A stretch of DNA of 64,000 nucleotides from Malacoraja senta (taxonomy: Eukaryota), in NCBI GenBank assembly GCA_038087875.1, contig CM075999.1, positions 3,474,001-3,538,000 on the forward strand, given 5' to 3'. The notes beneath the pieces are model-generated. The model worked only from the letters and a program-made list of their open reading frames with translations. It was not told the DNA's origin and did no database searches. The stretch's first letter is position 1. The number at the start of each line of letters is the position of its first letter. The position numbers and the translations under genes are program-made. Of this stretch, positions 34,406 to 52,925 are shown one piece after another.

Positions 34406-37400
34406 TGGGGAAGGTGTGACCTGTACAAAAAGGACGGGTTGCACTTGAACCCGAGGGGGACCAATATCCTGGCGGGGAGATTTGCAAAGGTTACTGCGGA
34501 GACTTTAAACTAGAACGGTTGGAGGGAGGGACTTAAATAGAGAAAGCTAATAGACAGTGTGTGAGGCAGGAGGCAGAGAAGGGAAGCACTCAGACCCAAC
34601 AGGTAGGGGGGAAAGAAGAAAAAAATAATAAACAGAGAATAAGAGGTGGTGGGTTTCTTAAATGTGTGAGCAGAGAGACAGAGGGGTGTAAAATGAGGGT
34701 AAAAGCAACAGGTAGCAAGGTGAAAAGTAAACGTGGCAGGCAGACAAATCCAGGGCAAAAATCAAAAAGGGCCACTTTTCAACATAATTGTATAAGGGGT
34801 AAGAGCGTTGTAAAAACAAGCCTGAAGGCTTTGTGTCTCAATGCAAGGAGCATTCGTAATAAGGTGGATGAGTTGAATGTGCAGATAGCTATTAATGATT
34901 ATGATATAGTCGGGATCACGGAGACATGGCTCCAAGGTGACCAAGGCTGGGAGCTGAACATCCAGGGATATTCAATATTCAGGAGGGATAGACAGAAAGG
35001 AAAAGGAGGTGGGGTAGCATTGCTGGTTAGAGAGGAGATTAACGCAATGGAAAGGAAGGATATTAGCTTGGAGGATGTGGAATCGATATGGGTAGAGCTG
35101 CGAAACACTAAGGGGCAGAAAACGCTAGTGGGTGTTGTGTACAGGCCACCTAGCAGTAGTAGTGGAGTTGGGGATGGCATCAAACAGGAAATTAGAAATG
35201 CGTGCAACAAAGGCAAAACAGTTATAATGGGTGACTTCAATCTACATATAGATTGGGTGAATCAAATTGGCAGGGGTGCTGAGGAAGAGGATTTCTTGGA
35301 ATGTATGCGGGATAGTTTTCTAAACCAACATGTAGAGGAACCAACGAGAGAGCAGGCTATTCTAGACTGGGTATTGAGTAATGAGGAAGGGTTAGTTAGC
35401 AGTCTTGTTGTGCGTGGCCCCTTGGGCAAGAGTGACCATAATATGGTTGAGTTCTTCATTAGGATGGAGAGTGACATTGTTAATTCAGAAACAAGGGTTC
35501 TGAATTTAAAGAAAGGTAACTTTGAGGGTATAAAATGTGAATTGGCCAAGATTGACTGGCAATTGATTCTTAAAGGGTTGACGGTGGATATGCAATGGAA
35601 GGCATTTAAAGACTGCATGGATGAACTACAAAAAATGTTCATCCCAGATTGGCGAAAGAATAAATCAGGGAAGGTAGTGCATCCGTGGATAACAAGGAAA
35701 ATCAGGGATAGTATCAAAACAAAAGATGAAGCGTACAAATTAGCCAGAAAAAGCAGCCTACCAGAGGACTGCGAGAAATTCAGTCCAGCAGAGGAGGACA
35801 AAGGGCTTAATTAGGAAAGGGAAAATAGATTATGAAAGAAAACTGGCAGGGAACATAAAAACTGACTGCAAAAGTTTTTATAGATATGTGAAGAGAAAGA
35901 GATTAGTTAAAACAAATGTAGGTCCCTTGCAGTCAGAAACAGGTGAATTGATCATGGGGAACATGGACATGGCAGACCAATTGAATAACTACTTTGGTTC
36001 TGTCTTCACTAAGGAAGACATAAATAATCTGCCGGAAATAGCAGAGGACCGCGGGTCAAATGAGATAGAGGAACTGAGTTTAGCCGGGAAGTGGTGTTGG
36101 GTAAATTGAATGGATTAAAGGCCGATAAATCCCCAGGGCCAGATAGGCTGCATTCCAGAGTACTTAAGGAAGTAGCCCCAGAAATAGTGGATGCATTAGT
36201 GATAATTTTTCAAAACTCCTTAGATTCTGGAGTAGTTCCTGAGAATTGGAGGGTAGCTAATGTAACCCCCCTTTTTAAAAAGGGAGGGAGAGAGAAAACG
36301 GGGAATTACAGACCAGTTAGTCTAACATCGGTAGTGGGGAAACTGCTAGAGTCAGTTATTAAAGATGGGATAGCAGCACATTTGGAGAGTGGTGAAATCA
36401 TTGGACAAAGTCAGCATGGATTTACAAAAGGTAAATCATGTCTGACGAATCTTATAGAATTTTTCGACGATGTAACTAGTAGATTGGATAGGGGAGAACT
36501 AGTGGATGTGTTGTATCTGGACTTTCAGAAGGCTTTCGACAAGGTACCACATAAGAGACTAGTATACAAACTTAAATCACACGGCATTGGGGGTTCAGTA
36601 TTGATGTGGATAGAGAACTGGCTGGCAAACAGGAAGCAAAGAGTAGGAGTAAACGGGTCCTTTTCACAATGGCAGGCAGTGACTAGTGGGGTACCGCAAG
36701 GCTCAGTGCTGGGACCCCAGCTATTTACAATATATATTAATTATTTGGACGAGGGAATAGAATGCAACATCTCCAAGTTTGCGGATGACACGAAGCTGAG
36801 GGGCAGTGTTAGCTGTGAGGAGGATGCTAGGAGGCTGGAAGGTGACTTGGATAGGCTGGGTGAGTGGGCAAATGCATGGCAGATGCAGTATAATGTGGAT
36901 AAATGTGAGGTTATCCACTTTGGTGGCAAAAACAGGAAAGTAGCCTATTATCTAAATGGTGGCCGATTAGGAAAAGGGGAGATGAAACGAGACCTGGGTG
37001 TCATGGTACACCAGTCATTGAAAGTAGGCATGCAGGTGCAGCAGGCAGTGAAGAAAGCGAATGGTATGTTAGCATTCATAGCAAAAGGATTTGAGTATAG
37101 GAGCATGGAGGTTCTACTGCAGTTGTACAGGGTCTTGGTGAGACCACACCTGGAGTATTGCGTACAGTTTTGGTCTCCAAATCTGAGGAAAGACATTCTT
37201 GCCATAGAGGGAGTACAGAGAAGGTTCACCAGATTGATTCCTGGGATGTCAGGACTTCATATGAAGAAAGACTGGATAGACTCGGCTTGTACTCGCTAGA
37301 ATTTAGAAGATTGAGGGGGGATCTTATAGAAACTTACAAAATTCTTAAGGGGTTGGAAAGGCTAGATGCAGGAAGATTGTTCCCGATGTTGGGGAAGTCC

Positions 37401-37714
37401 AGGACAAGGGGTCACAGTTTAAGGATTAAGGGGAAATCCTTTAGGACCGAGATGAGAAAAACATTTTTAACACGGAGAGTGGTGAATCTCTGGAACTCTC
37501 TGCCACAGAAGGTAGTTGAGGCCAGTTCATTGGCTATATTTAAGAGGGAGTTAGATGTGGCCCTTGTGGCTAAAGGGATCAGGGGATATGGAGAGAAGGC
37601 AGGTACAGGATACTGAATTGGATGATCAGCCATGATCATATTGAATGGCGGTGCAGGATCAAAGGGCCGAATGGCCTACTCCTGCACCTATTTTCTATGT
37701 TTCTATGTTTCTAT
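34406..37714 (+). mobile_element. CR1 LINE, 5'-truncated within ORF1, full ORF2 region with frameshifts
   Basis: ORF1 tail WGRCDLYKKDGLHLNPRGT..LN stop (34406-34513); APE motifs LNARS, GITETWL, MGDFN, SDHN; RT FADDTK; (TTTCTATG)n tail. Confidence 0.96.
34561..37616 (+). pseudogene. CR1 ORF2 (AP endonuclease + reverse transcriptase), disrupted
   Basis: Four consecutive ORF pieces with frame changes near 35783, 36078 and 37256. Confidence 0.92.
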
Positions 37715-37837
37715 CACGGAAGACAAAGCTATGGAGGGATTCGGAGCGTCAGACAAGAATCCTGATGTGGTGCAGATGTGAGGAGACGGCCGGTCAGGAA
37801 GATGAGAACCAAAATCTGTGTTTCATCCCGTTAGTCC

Positions 37838-38120
37838 AGAGATGCCACGCGGAAACAGGCCCTTCGGCTGCACCGGGTCCGCGCCGACCAGCGATCCCCT
37901 GCATATTAACACTATCCTACACACACTAGGGACAATTTCAACGTTTATACCAAGCCAATTTACCTACATACCTATACATCTTTGGAGGAAACAAATATCT
38001 TGGAGAAAACCCACGCAGGTCACGGGGAGAACGTACAAACTCCACACGGACAGCACCCGTAGTCAGGATCGAACCCGGGTCTCCGGCGCTGCGAGGTAGC
38101 AACTCTACCGCTGCGCCACC
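37838..38120 (-). mobile_element. HE1-like V-SINE
   Basis: Reverse complement of A/B boxes and V-domain. Confidence 0.85.
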
Positions 38121-39112
38121 CTACCGCCATTGGGAAGGTGGTGTAACGCAGGTATCCCCACCACAAATCCACAGCAAAAAGAAGAAAATGTACACAATAT
38201 GTGGCAGAGAAATCAACAGAGGCATGATCACGGGTGTATGGAACGAGCTGCCAGAGGAGGTAGTTGAGGCTGGGACTATCCAAACGTTTAAGAAACAGTT
38301 AGACAGGTGCATGGATAGGAGCGGTTTAGAGGGATATGGACCAAACGCAGGCAGGTGGGACTGGGACATGTTGGCCGGTATGGGCAAGTTGGGCCGAAGG
38401 GCCTGTTTCCACGCTGTATCCATGACTCTCTGACTCCATACAACAATTTAAAGCAAATCATTTTAAGTAACTGCATTGAAATAGAACATAGAACACGACA
38501 GCACAGGAGCAGGCCCTTCGGCCCACGTTGTCCATGCTGAACTCAATGCCAAGCTGAACAACTCTCCTCTGCCTGCACGTGATCCATATCCCTCCATCCA
38601 AGAGTCAAGAGTGTTTTAGCGTCATTTGTCCCAGATTAAAAAGATGAAATTCTTACTTGCTACTTCTGCATGTGTCTGTCTAAAGCATCTTATAAAGCAG
38701 TGCATGTGTGCACTCCAGTCGAGCTGTTCATTATATGGAGGTTAAGCCATTCACGTTTAGATCATAGAACAGTACAGAAAGGCCCTTCAGCCCACGATGT
38801 CTGTGCTGCACATGATGCCAGGACCATCCTTTACCTCCACTTCCAGGTAATACCCTTCTAGCCCCATCTCCGCACCCTAGTGCTCACACATTCCCCACCA
38901 TCTCTCACTCCCCCATTCTCCCTGTTCCTTTCCCCTCCACCGCACACTCATCTCCCATCACCCTGATGTCCCTTTTATATTCTTTCCCATCCTTACCCCT
39001 CTCTCTGGTCTCACATTTCCCTCCTCCTCTTCTCTCCACATCTGGAAGCCTTTACACCTCCTGCCTTTGTCACTGACTCCACCCGACAACCTGACCTGTA
39101 TCCACCTATCAC

Positions 39113-39261
39113 TTGTGAGGGAAGGAACTGCAGATGCTGGTTTAAACTGGAGATAGACGCAAAATGTTGGAGTAACTCAGACGACCCGAAACGTCACCCG
39201 TTCCTTCTCTCCAGAGAGGCTTCCTGTCCCGCTGAGTTACTCCAGCATTTAGTGTCTATCT
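39113..39261. mobile_element. Fold-back PLE-pLTR insertion inside an older pLTR
   Basis: TSD TCCACCTATCAC at 39101-39112 and 39262-39273; second arm starts at CGACCCGAAACGTC. Confidence 0.8.
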
Positions 39262-40470
39262 TCCACCTATCACATGCCAGGCTTTGCAGCACTTCCACTC
39301 TCTATTCCAGCTTTCTCCCCTCCCGACTCCATCAGTCTGAAGAAGGGTCCCAACCTGAAACATTCTCTGTCCATTCCCTCCACAGATGCTGCCTGACCCG
39401 CTGAGTTCCTCCAGCACTTTGTGTTTTGCTTTAGTTAACTGCTTTTCTTGAACAATGCTCCACAATAGGGCTCTGCACTGTAGTTGTTTATTAACCTAAT
39501 CATTGTGTTAGGAGCCACTTTATCTCACGAGCTGGTAACACATTATTGAGTATTAGTATTCAAAATGTGTTTCCCCTGCAAGCAGGCAGATCATTGTTAA
39601 AATAAATAAAATTAGCACAGGACGGGGAAAGTAGACAACGATTGTGTCAGACAAAATTAATCAATGTGCTTCAGTAAAAACTGCTTGTGTCGGTAAAATG
39701 TGAATGGGTTGTGGAGGCATCTGTAACAACAGTCCAGGCAGGCAAGTTGCCTTTCTGACAGCATTCGCATGGGGAGAGACTTTGCCACAGAGGAGACTTA
39801 ACCTGTCAACACTGAACCTGTGGAGGCTTACATTAAAACTCCAGCCTGCTTTATGAGTTGTGGATAGACTCAAAAAGCTGGAGTAACTCAGCGGGACAGG
39901 CAGCATCTCTGGAGAGAAGGAATGGGTGATGTTTCGGGTCGAGGCCCTTCTTCAGACTGAGAGTCAGGGCGGAGGGAAACAAGATATCATAGGGGAACGT
40001 TTTCACACCTTACCCTTCCATATCTCTCGGAATCATCCAGCCCACAGGCGGATTTTTTTCCCGTAATCATCCGGCCGCCGAGCGCCGCCGAGCTCTGGCT
40101 GTACCGCATCCTGCGCAAAGCTACCGGCACGGCCACGCACCTTCTGTGAACACGTTTAAGAAAGAACTACAGATGGTATGTTAGCATTCATAGCAAAAGG
40201 ATTTGAGTATAAGAGCAGGGCCTACTCCTGCACCTATTTTCTATGTTTCTATGTTTCTATGCTGGAGAAACTCAGCGGGTGAGACATGCAAGGATTGTTT
40301 GAGGCTGCCTCATCCGCTGAGTTCCAGGGACACATGATAGATGTGGCCCGCCATCCACTCCCAGACTTGAGTCCTGGCTCCCATGCAGAACAAGGTTGCC
40401 GACCTCTGCACTACCCTGTATCACCACATTGTCCATGTTCCTTGACTTGTTAGAAATCTCTTTAGACGTT

Positions 40471-40858
40471 TCTTATAGAAACGTATAAAATTATAAAAGG
40501 ACTGGATAAGCTAGATACAGGAAAAATGTTCCCAATGTTGGGGGAGTCCAGAACCAGGGGCCACAGTCCAAGAATAAAGGGGAGGTCATTTAAAACTGAT
40601 GAGAAAATACTTTTTCACCCAGAGAGTTTTGAATTTATGGAATTCTCTGCACAGAGGGCAGTGCAGGCCAATTCACTGGATGAATTTAAGAGAGAGTTAG
40701 ATAGAGGAGCTAGTGGAGTCAAGGGATATGGGGAGAAGGCAGGCACGGGTTATTGATTGTGGATGATCAGCCATGATCACAATGAATGGCGGTGCTGGCT
40801 CGAAGGGCCGAATGGCCTCCTCCTGCACCGAGGTATTTTCTATGTTTCTATGTTTCTA
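40471..40858 (+). mobile_element. CR1 3' fragment
   Basis: ETYKIIKGLDKLD..MFPMLGESRTRGHS and tail. Confidence 0.88.
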
Positions 40859-40924
40859 TCTCCTTTCTGGTGACCTCCTCACCTCCCCAATTACTCAAGA
40901 ATCAAGAGTCAAATTTGTGTGTAA

Positions 40925-41332
40925 TTTAGTTTTGGTTCATAGTTTAGTTGAGTTTATTGTCACGTGTAACGAGGTACAGTGAAAAGCTTTTGTTGCGTGC
41001 TAACCAGTCAGCGGAAAGACAACACATGATTACTATTGAGTCTTTCACAGTGTATAGATACATGATAAGGGAATAACGTTTAGTGCAAGGTAAAGCCAGC
41101 AACGTCCGATCAAGGGATAGTCCGAGGGTCACCAAAGAGGTAGATAGTAGTTCAGGACCGCTCTCTGGTTGTGGTAGGATGGTTCAGTTGCCTGATAACA
41201 GCTGGGAAGAAACTGTCCTGAATCTAGAGGTGTGCGTTTTCACACTTCTGTACCTCTTGCCCGATGGGAGAAGAGTGAGTGGCCGGGGTGCGACTGGTTC
41301 TTGATTATGCTGCTGGCCTTGCCGAGGCAGTG
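40925..41332 (-). mobile_element. Rex1/Babar-type LINE 3' end
   Basis: Minus-strand LLPSGKRYRSVKTHTSRFR and 3' UTR ending TGACAATAAACT. Confidence 0.75.
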
Positions 41333-42685
41333 TGGGTGTAGGAAGGAACTGTAGATGCTGGTTTATATCGAAGATGGACACAAAGTGTTGGAGTAACTCA
41401 ACAGGTAGGGCAGCATCTCTGGAGAAAAAGGATAGGTGACTTTTTGGGTCGAGACTCTCCTACAGACTGATGACAGTCAAAAGTGTGTTATTGTCATCTG
41501 CCCTAAAACAGAAGAATGAAATTCTTCCTTGCAGCAATACAACAGATATGTAAACATAGTACTCTGTAAAACCCAGAATAAACAGCTAAAAAGCTCATTA
41601 CATTAAATGAACAATAAAAATTCAAAGCCCTGACTACAGACCTATTTGTGTGATGGCTGGGACACCAGTCCCAGAACCATTCAGGTGAAGGTTAGTTTAG
41701 AGATACAGCACGGAAACAGGCCCATCGGCCAACCGAGTCCACGTCGACCCAGTCACACAAAGTTTTATGTTATCACACTTTCTCATCCACTCCCTACACA
41801 CCAGGGCCAATTAACCTGCAAACCCGCACGTCTTTGGGATGTAGGAGGAAACCTGAGCACCTGGAGGAAACCCACACGGTCACGGGAGAACGTGCAAACT
41901 CCACGCAGACTACGGGATGCATCACAGCTTGCTTTGGGAACAACCTCATTGGTGACCCCACAGACTATCCTTGATTGGACTTTATTCCCTTGCCATGTAT
42001 CTATACACTGTGGACGGTTAACTCGGTCACAGGGAGAACGTGCAAACTCCACACAGACAGCACCCGGGGTCAGGGTCTCTGGCATCGAGAGGCAGCGGCT
42101 CTACCGCTGAACCTTTCAAAAGTATCAGGAAACATAGGAATCAGGCTGAGGGTGACCTTATATGGGTGTGTAAAACGATGAGGAGAATAGACAGGGTGGA
42201 TGCAGAGTACTTTACCTGGGGCGGGGGGGAGGGATCAAGAACTAGAGGACACAGGTCTAATATGAGCGGGAGTGTCTTTTCCCCCCAACCCCTCACCTGT
42301 ATCCACCTTTCATATACGTACAGAAGCTTGAAAGCGCGCACCACCAGACTCAGCAACAGCTTCTTCCCCTCTGTCATCAGGCTTCTGACCGGTCCTTCCA
42401 TACGCGAGGGTACTGTCCGATTCACCTCTACCCCATTGTGGACATTGGACTTTGTCTCTGGAACTGATGGGCTACATCGGTCGGCACTAGATATTAAAAC
42501 GCCCATTTGTGGCAGCACAGTTTATTTATTCATGTGTGTATATATTTATACAATGGTATATGGACACACTGATCTGTTTTGTAGTCAATGCCTACTATGT
42601 TCTGTTGTGCTGAAGCAAAGCAAGAATTTCATTGTCCTATCAGGGACACATGACAATAAACTCTCTTGGATCTTAAATCTTGAAC

Positions 42686-42990
42686 GGTTTGCGCAGCGGT
42701 AGAGTTGCTGCCTCACAGCTCCAGAGACCCGGGTTCAATCGTGACTGCGGGTGCTGTCTGTACGGAGTTTGTACGTTCTCCCTGTGACCTGCGAGGGTTT
42801 TTCTCCGGGTGCTCCGGTTTCCTCCCACACTCCAAAGACGTGCAGGTTTGTAGGTGGATTGGCTTTGGCAAAATTGTAAATTGTCCCTGGTGTGTGTAGG
42901 GTAGTGTTCGTGTGCAGAGATGGCTGGTCGGCGCGGACTCAGTGGGCCAAAGTGCCTGTTTCCGCGTTGTATCTCTAAACTAACCTAGAC
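42686..42990 (+). mobile_element. HE1-like V-SINE
   Basis: Head, V-domain and tail. Confidence 0.88.
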
Positions 42991-43493
42991 TACAATGCTG
43001 AGAACTATATTCTGCACTCTCTGTCTTCCCCTTTGCTCTACCTATTGTACTGGAGTTTGGCTTATTGTATTTATCCAAAGTAAACCAACTCTGATAGGTA
43101 CATTTAAAATAGGAAGATTTATGAACTAAACTAATCAAACTCAGAATAGGACCCATAGATTGAATCCATGCATTTGAAAATATCCGAGTGAAGAGATAGC
43201 AGAGGCATTATTACAGATATTTAATATTCATTGCAAAAAGGTGCAGAGCAAATGACTGGGGATAGCTAATGTAAAACCTATTTTTAAGAAAGACGATAAA
43301 ACATGCCGGGGGAATTGTAAACTCGTCAGTTTAACATAGGTAGGAGAAAGAAATAATGGAATCCTTGCTAAAGGAGAGAATCATACAGGTCTGGTAATGG
43401 AAAGTGTGACAAAGGTTTGTCAGTCTGGATTGTGCTTGATAAACCTTAATAATCTTTCAGAAGAGGTTTGAGAGAGAGAGAGAGAGAGAGAGA

Positions 43494-43528
<35 letters not shown>

Positions 43529-43776
43529 GGAGGGAGAGACAGAGAGTGGCAGAGAAAGACAGAGAGGACAGGGAGAGAGAGAGACAGAGAGAGAGGGAAG
43601 GAACTGCAGATGCTGGTTTACACTAAAGATAGACACAAAATGCTGCAGTAACTCAGCGGGACAGGCAGCGTCTCTGGAGGAAAGGAATAGGAGACATTTT
43701 GGGCCAGAGTCAAGGGAGAGGGAGGCGTAGAGATATGGAAGGGTAAGGTGTGAAAACCACAGATCAAAGCAGATGA

Positions 43777-43955
43777 TGAACCATTGACCATTGAACCACT
43801 GAACCATTGACCATTGAACCAATGAGACCATTGACTATTATCCATTGTCCATTGTCCATTGACTATTGACCATTGACCATTGACCATTGACCATTGACCA
43901 TTGACCATTGACCATTGACTATTGACCATTAAACCATTGAGGGATTGACCATTGA
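43777..43955. repeat. (GACCATT)n heptamer array
   Basis: Direct inspection. Confidence 0.92.
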
Positions 43956-44399
43956 ATCTAAGGCTCCACAAACAACCCCAGCTCCCCTTACCTGCTCATG
44001 CAACTGGACCATTCTGGAATTATTCCAATAAATCTCATCTCCACCCTTCTGGAAACCTCCACATCTTTCATAAAGTGTGGTAACAAGAACTGACAATATA
44101 TATATTTTATGTGCTGCTGTATTTTCCTTGGAAGATCTTACTATTTAAGTTTAACAAGTGTAACATTGATTTCTTTTTTTTAATGTTTTTATTTGATTCA
44201 CTTTTTTTAGGCTTTATTTTTGTTGCCCACCATGTTCCACTCACTCTAACTCCCATTTGTTTGCATTTGAATTGGTGATTGGATGATGCAATGTAGAGCA
44301 TTGAGGGAGGGATTGGTCCATGAATGAAACTACTTTATCAGAACTGTAGAGTCAAAGAAAAACATGACTGGTCATCCTTGTGTGTCCTGGATATAAACA

Positions 44400-44632
44400 A
44401 CAAACCAACCTCCCTTCCATCGACTCCATCTACACGTCACGCTGCCTCGGCAAGGCCAGCAGCATCATCAAGGACCAGTCTCACCCCGGCCACTCCCTCT
44501 TCTCCCCTCTCCCATCGGGCAAAAGGTACAGAAGTGTGAAAACAAACGCACACCTCCAGATTCAAGGACAGTTTCTTCCCAGCTGTATCTTGCAACTGAA
44601 CCATCCTACCACAACTAGAGAGCGGTCCTGAA

Positions 44633-44633
<1 letters not shown>
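44400..44633 (+). mobile_element. Rex1/Babar-type LINE 3' part, continuing at about 49218-49335 after the satellite-bearing insert
   Basis: LPSIDSIYTSRCLGKASSIIKDQSHPGHSLFSPLPSGKRYRSVKT. Confidence 0.8.
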
Positions 44634-49217
<4,584 letters not shown>

Positions 49218-49516
49218 AACTACTATCTACCTCATCAGTGACCCTCGGACTATCCTTGATCGGACTTTGCTGGCTTTACCTTGCACTAAACGTTATTCCC
49301 TTATCATGTATCTGTCCACTATAATTGACTCGATTGTACAGATGTACAAAGATACTCTGTCCACAGTGTACAGATACAGGGTAAAGGGCACAACATTTAG
49401 TGCAAGATAAAGCCAATAAAGTCCAAATTAAAGATAGTTCAAAGGTCGTCATTGAGGTGGATGGGAGGCCAGGACCGCACTCAAGCTGATGAGAGGACGG
49501 TTCAGAATGAAAGACT

Positions 49517-49690
49517 GGTCGACTCAAAGTGCTGGAGTAACTCAGCGGGACAGGCAGCATCTCTGGAGAGAAGGAATGAGTGACGTTTTGGGTCGAGACA
49601 CTTCTACAGACTGAAGTGCTGTCCCGCTGAGTTACTCCAGCATTTTGTGTCTACCTTCGATTTAAACCTGCACCTGCAGTTCTTTCCTAC
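49517..49690. mobile_element. Fold-back PLE-pLTR insertion
   Basis: Perfect 15-bp TSD TCAGAATGAAAGACT at 49502-49516 and 49691-49705. Confidence 0.85.
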
Positions 49691-50129
49691 TCAGAATGAA
49701 AGACTTCCTGGTCAATGTAGGATATCTGGGACACAAGACACACACTACTCACTGTGAAAGTCCTGCATGGTTTGACTTCCTAAAACTCAACACCTCACAC
49801 TAATCTGAATTAAATTCCACTTGCATTCCTTGGCTGACTTCAATGCAATAAGATGCCGAGGATGGTGAGAGTGGGTCGTTACTATCTGAAACATAGCCTT
49901 CACATAAATGTATTACAATCATGTATTGTCTTTCCTCCGGCTGGTTAGCACGCAACAACATTTTTTGCTGTATCCCGGTATTGGGGACAGTGAACTAAAC
50001 TTAAGTCTGAAGAAGGGTTTTGGCTCAAAACGTTGCCTATTTCCTTCGCTCCACAGATGCTGCCGCACCCACTGAGTTTCTCCAGCATTTTTGGCTACCT
50101 TTGGTGTAAGTTAAAGTCTGACTAGACGT

Positions 50130-50373
50130 AGGTACACAAAAATGCTGGAGAAACTCAGCGGGTGCAGCAGCATCTATGGAGCGAAGGAAATAGGCAACGT
50201 TTCGTCCCGAAACCCTTCTGGAAATAGGCAACGTTTCGGGCCGAAACCCGGAAGGGTTTCGTCCCGAAACATTGCCTATTTCCTTCGCTCCATAGATGCT
50301 GCCTCACCCGCTGAGTTTCTCCAGCAGTTTTGTCCACCTACGATTCTCCAGCATCTGCAGTTCCTTCTTGAAC
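50130..50373. mobile_element. Fold-back PLE-pLTR repeat with duplicated ribozyme segment
   Basis: Same architecture as 2379-2622: two minus-strand ribozyme segments, then a plus-strand arm. Confidence 0.8.
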
Positions 50374-51461
50374 AACTAAACTCGAATCCTTCTTCACTGA
50401 GGATAAATGCAGTCCCTGCACCGCTGTCACTTGGGATGTGGTGCATCTACCAGCCAACAGATGTCACCACTGCATTCATTAACCACGGCTATTAAACATT
50501 CAGAAGAAGCATTTGGATTAGTTGGGCACCGCAGTTGTCAGGCTGGAGCCAAAATAACATTCCGTGTTCACTGACATCAGTTCTGGTCACCCTGGTATTG
50601 GAGATGTCGTTAGCTGGAAGGAGTTACCAGGGTCGATGCATCTGTGATGTCGCTGCAAGACCTTCAATGTAGCTGCACCTCACCACACCCGTGCATTTGA
50701 CTGTACGATACGATACGATAGAAATCTTTATTTATCCCAAGAGGGATGGGCCGAATGGCCTAATTCTACTTCAATCCCTAGGACCTCATGATGGAAACTG
50801 GACTGCCAACAGTCATAAAACACAACAAGACGCATGAAACATGAAATTAAAGTGGTGAGTGGAAAGTCCAGGATTGGGGATGTGCAAAGATTGGGGAGGG
50901 TGGGGGGGGGGGGGGGGGGGAGAGGGGTGGGGGGGTGGGGTCGGGGGGGAGGGAGGATGGGGGGGGGGGAGTCAGTCTGCCCCATGACAGGAGGAGGAGG
51001 AAGAGTTGAACAGTTTGATAGCCACAGGGGAAAAGGATCTGCTGTGGCGTTCTGTGCTGCATCTTCCAGGACCATAAACCCAACTCACAAACCATGATGC
51101 CATGTTCCGACTCTGCAGTTCACCGTCTTAGTGCAGGGGTTACGGGGAGAAGGCAGGAGAATGGGGTTGAGAGGGAGAGATAGATCAGCCATGATTGAAT
51201 GGCGGAGTAGACTGGATGGGCCGAATGGCCTAATTCTGCTCCCGGAACTGATGACCTTATGAAGCGTCTCCTGGACATGGACGGGTCAACATGTCCAATA
51301 GTAGGAAGAACACCTTCCCCTCTCGATGGTTCTGCATCAACGGTTCGATGGTTCTGGGAAATTATTTTTGTCGTGTAACATTTAAGAAAGAACTGCAGAT
51401 GCTGGAAAAATCGAAGGTAGACAAAAATGCAGGTGAGGCTGCATCTAGACCACTGACCATT

Positions 51462-51692
51462 GGAGTTTGCACGTTCTCCCCGTGACCTGCGTGGGTTTTC
51501 TCCGGGTGCTCCGGTTTCCTCCCACGCTCCAAAGACGTGCAGGTTTGCAGGCTAATTGGCTAGGTATAAATGTAAATTGTCTCTAGTGTGTGTGGGGTTG
51601 TGCTAGTGTACAGGGTGATCGCTGGCCAGCACGGATTCGGTGGGCCGAAGGGCCTGTTTGTGCGCTGTATCTCCAGACTAAACTAAACTGAA
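51462..51692 (+). mobile_element. HE1-like V-SINE, 5'-truncated
   Basis: V-domain and (CTAAA)n tail. Confidence 0.85.
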
Positions 51693-52925
51693 CTCAGTCT
51701 GATCCGGGAGAAATTGATTTCAATTCCTCGGCAACTGGCAAGAAAGCTGGGAGTGGGAGAACTGAGAAGGCCAGTGTCCTTTCAAATCGAACCGGAGATA
51801 AGGCTTTTAACTAAATTGCGGGTGGGAGGGATGGGAGGGGTGGGCTGGTTGAAGGGATGCAGGATACCACAGGCTGACGAAGACCCGGCTGTCAGAGAGG
51901 GACAAAGCAACACAAAATACAGGAGCTAATCACAGCTTGCAGGCAGAGGAGGAAAAACATAGCCAAAGAAACAAAATTGGAGACTAGCTGTCTGAAAGCT
52001 TGTCATAGTTGTATGGTGTTTAGTGAACTAATGGCACAAGTATATATAAATAGATAGAATGCAATGCTGAGAACTATATTCTGCACTCTGTATCATCCCT
52101 TTGCTCTACCTACTGTACTGAGTCTGACATGGTTGTATTGACGTATAGTATTATCTGATCTGCTCGGGACAGCATGCATGGCCGGCACGGTGGCGCAGCG
52201 GTAGAGTTGCTGCCTCACAGCGCCAGAGACCCGGGTTTCATCCTGACCACGGGTGCTGTCTGTACGGAGTTTGTACTTTCTCCATCAGCCCCAATTGAAT
52301 GGCGGAGCAGACAGAGGTTATGGGCAGAAGGCAGGAGAATGGGGTTAGGAGGGAGAGATAGATAGACCAGCCATGATTGATTGGTGGAGTAACCTTGATG
52401 GGCCGATTGGCCTAATTCTACCCCTATCCCTGATGACCTTATGACTTGTTGGGCCGAATGGCCTAATTCTGGTCCTATGTCTAATAAACTTATGAACACT
52501 ACCCTTGAAGGAAATGGAGGCAAGCATTGCCAGGGATTTGACATTTATATTGTATAGATATGTTGTGGCTGTTACGTTTCAGACATATGTATCCTTGTTT
52601 GCAGAAAGGTTGTGATTTCCCCGTGCAGCCACGTACAATTAATAGCATGTTTTACTAACTGTCTTGCCCAGAATATTTCAGCCTGTCGTGCTGCCCCATG
52701 TGTCCGTTCACGAGCTCCTTCTGTTCTCCATTAAGCTGAACAATACAACATGACTTTGGAATTTGCCCCAGGTTTAACAGCGAAACATGCTTCAAAGGCA
52801 GCGGAAGGGCAAGCAAATGGAAACTGCAACAAAAACATAGACTTAGCCACAACTATAACAGACTTGCAGTAGGGAATTAGCTCACAACTACAATGCCAAG
52901 CTAACGCTTTTAGCTTTGCCAGTGA

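Noticed and set aside
40028..40410. CpG-rich stretch as a promoter or CpG island
   Set aside because: Short, interrupted by other repeats, and ends in GGTTGCCGACCTCTG, resembling a hAT-type terminal repeat; more likely a DNA-transposon remnant
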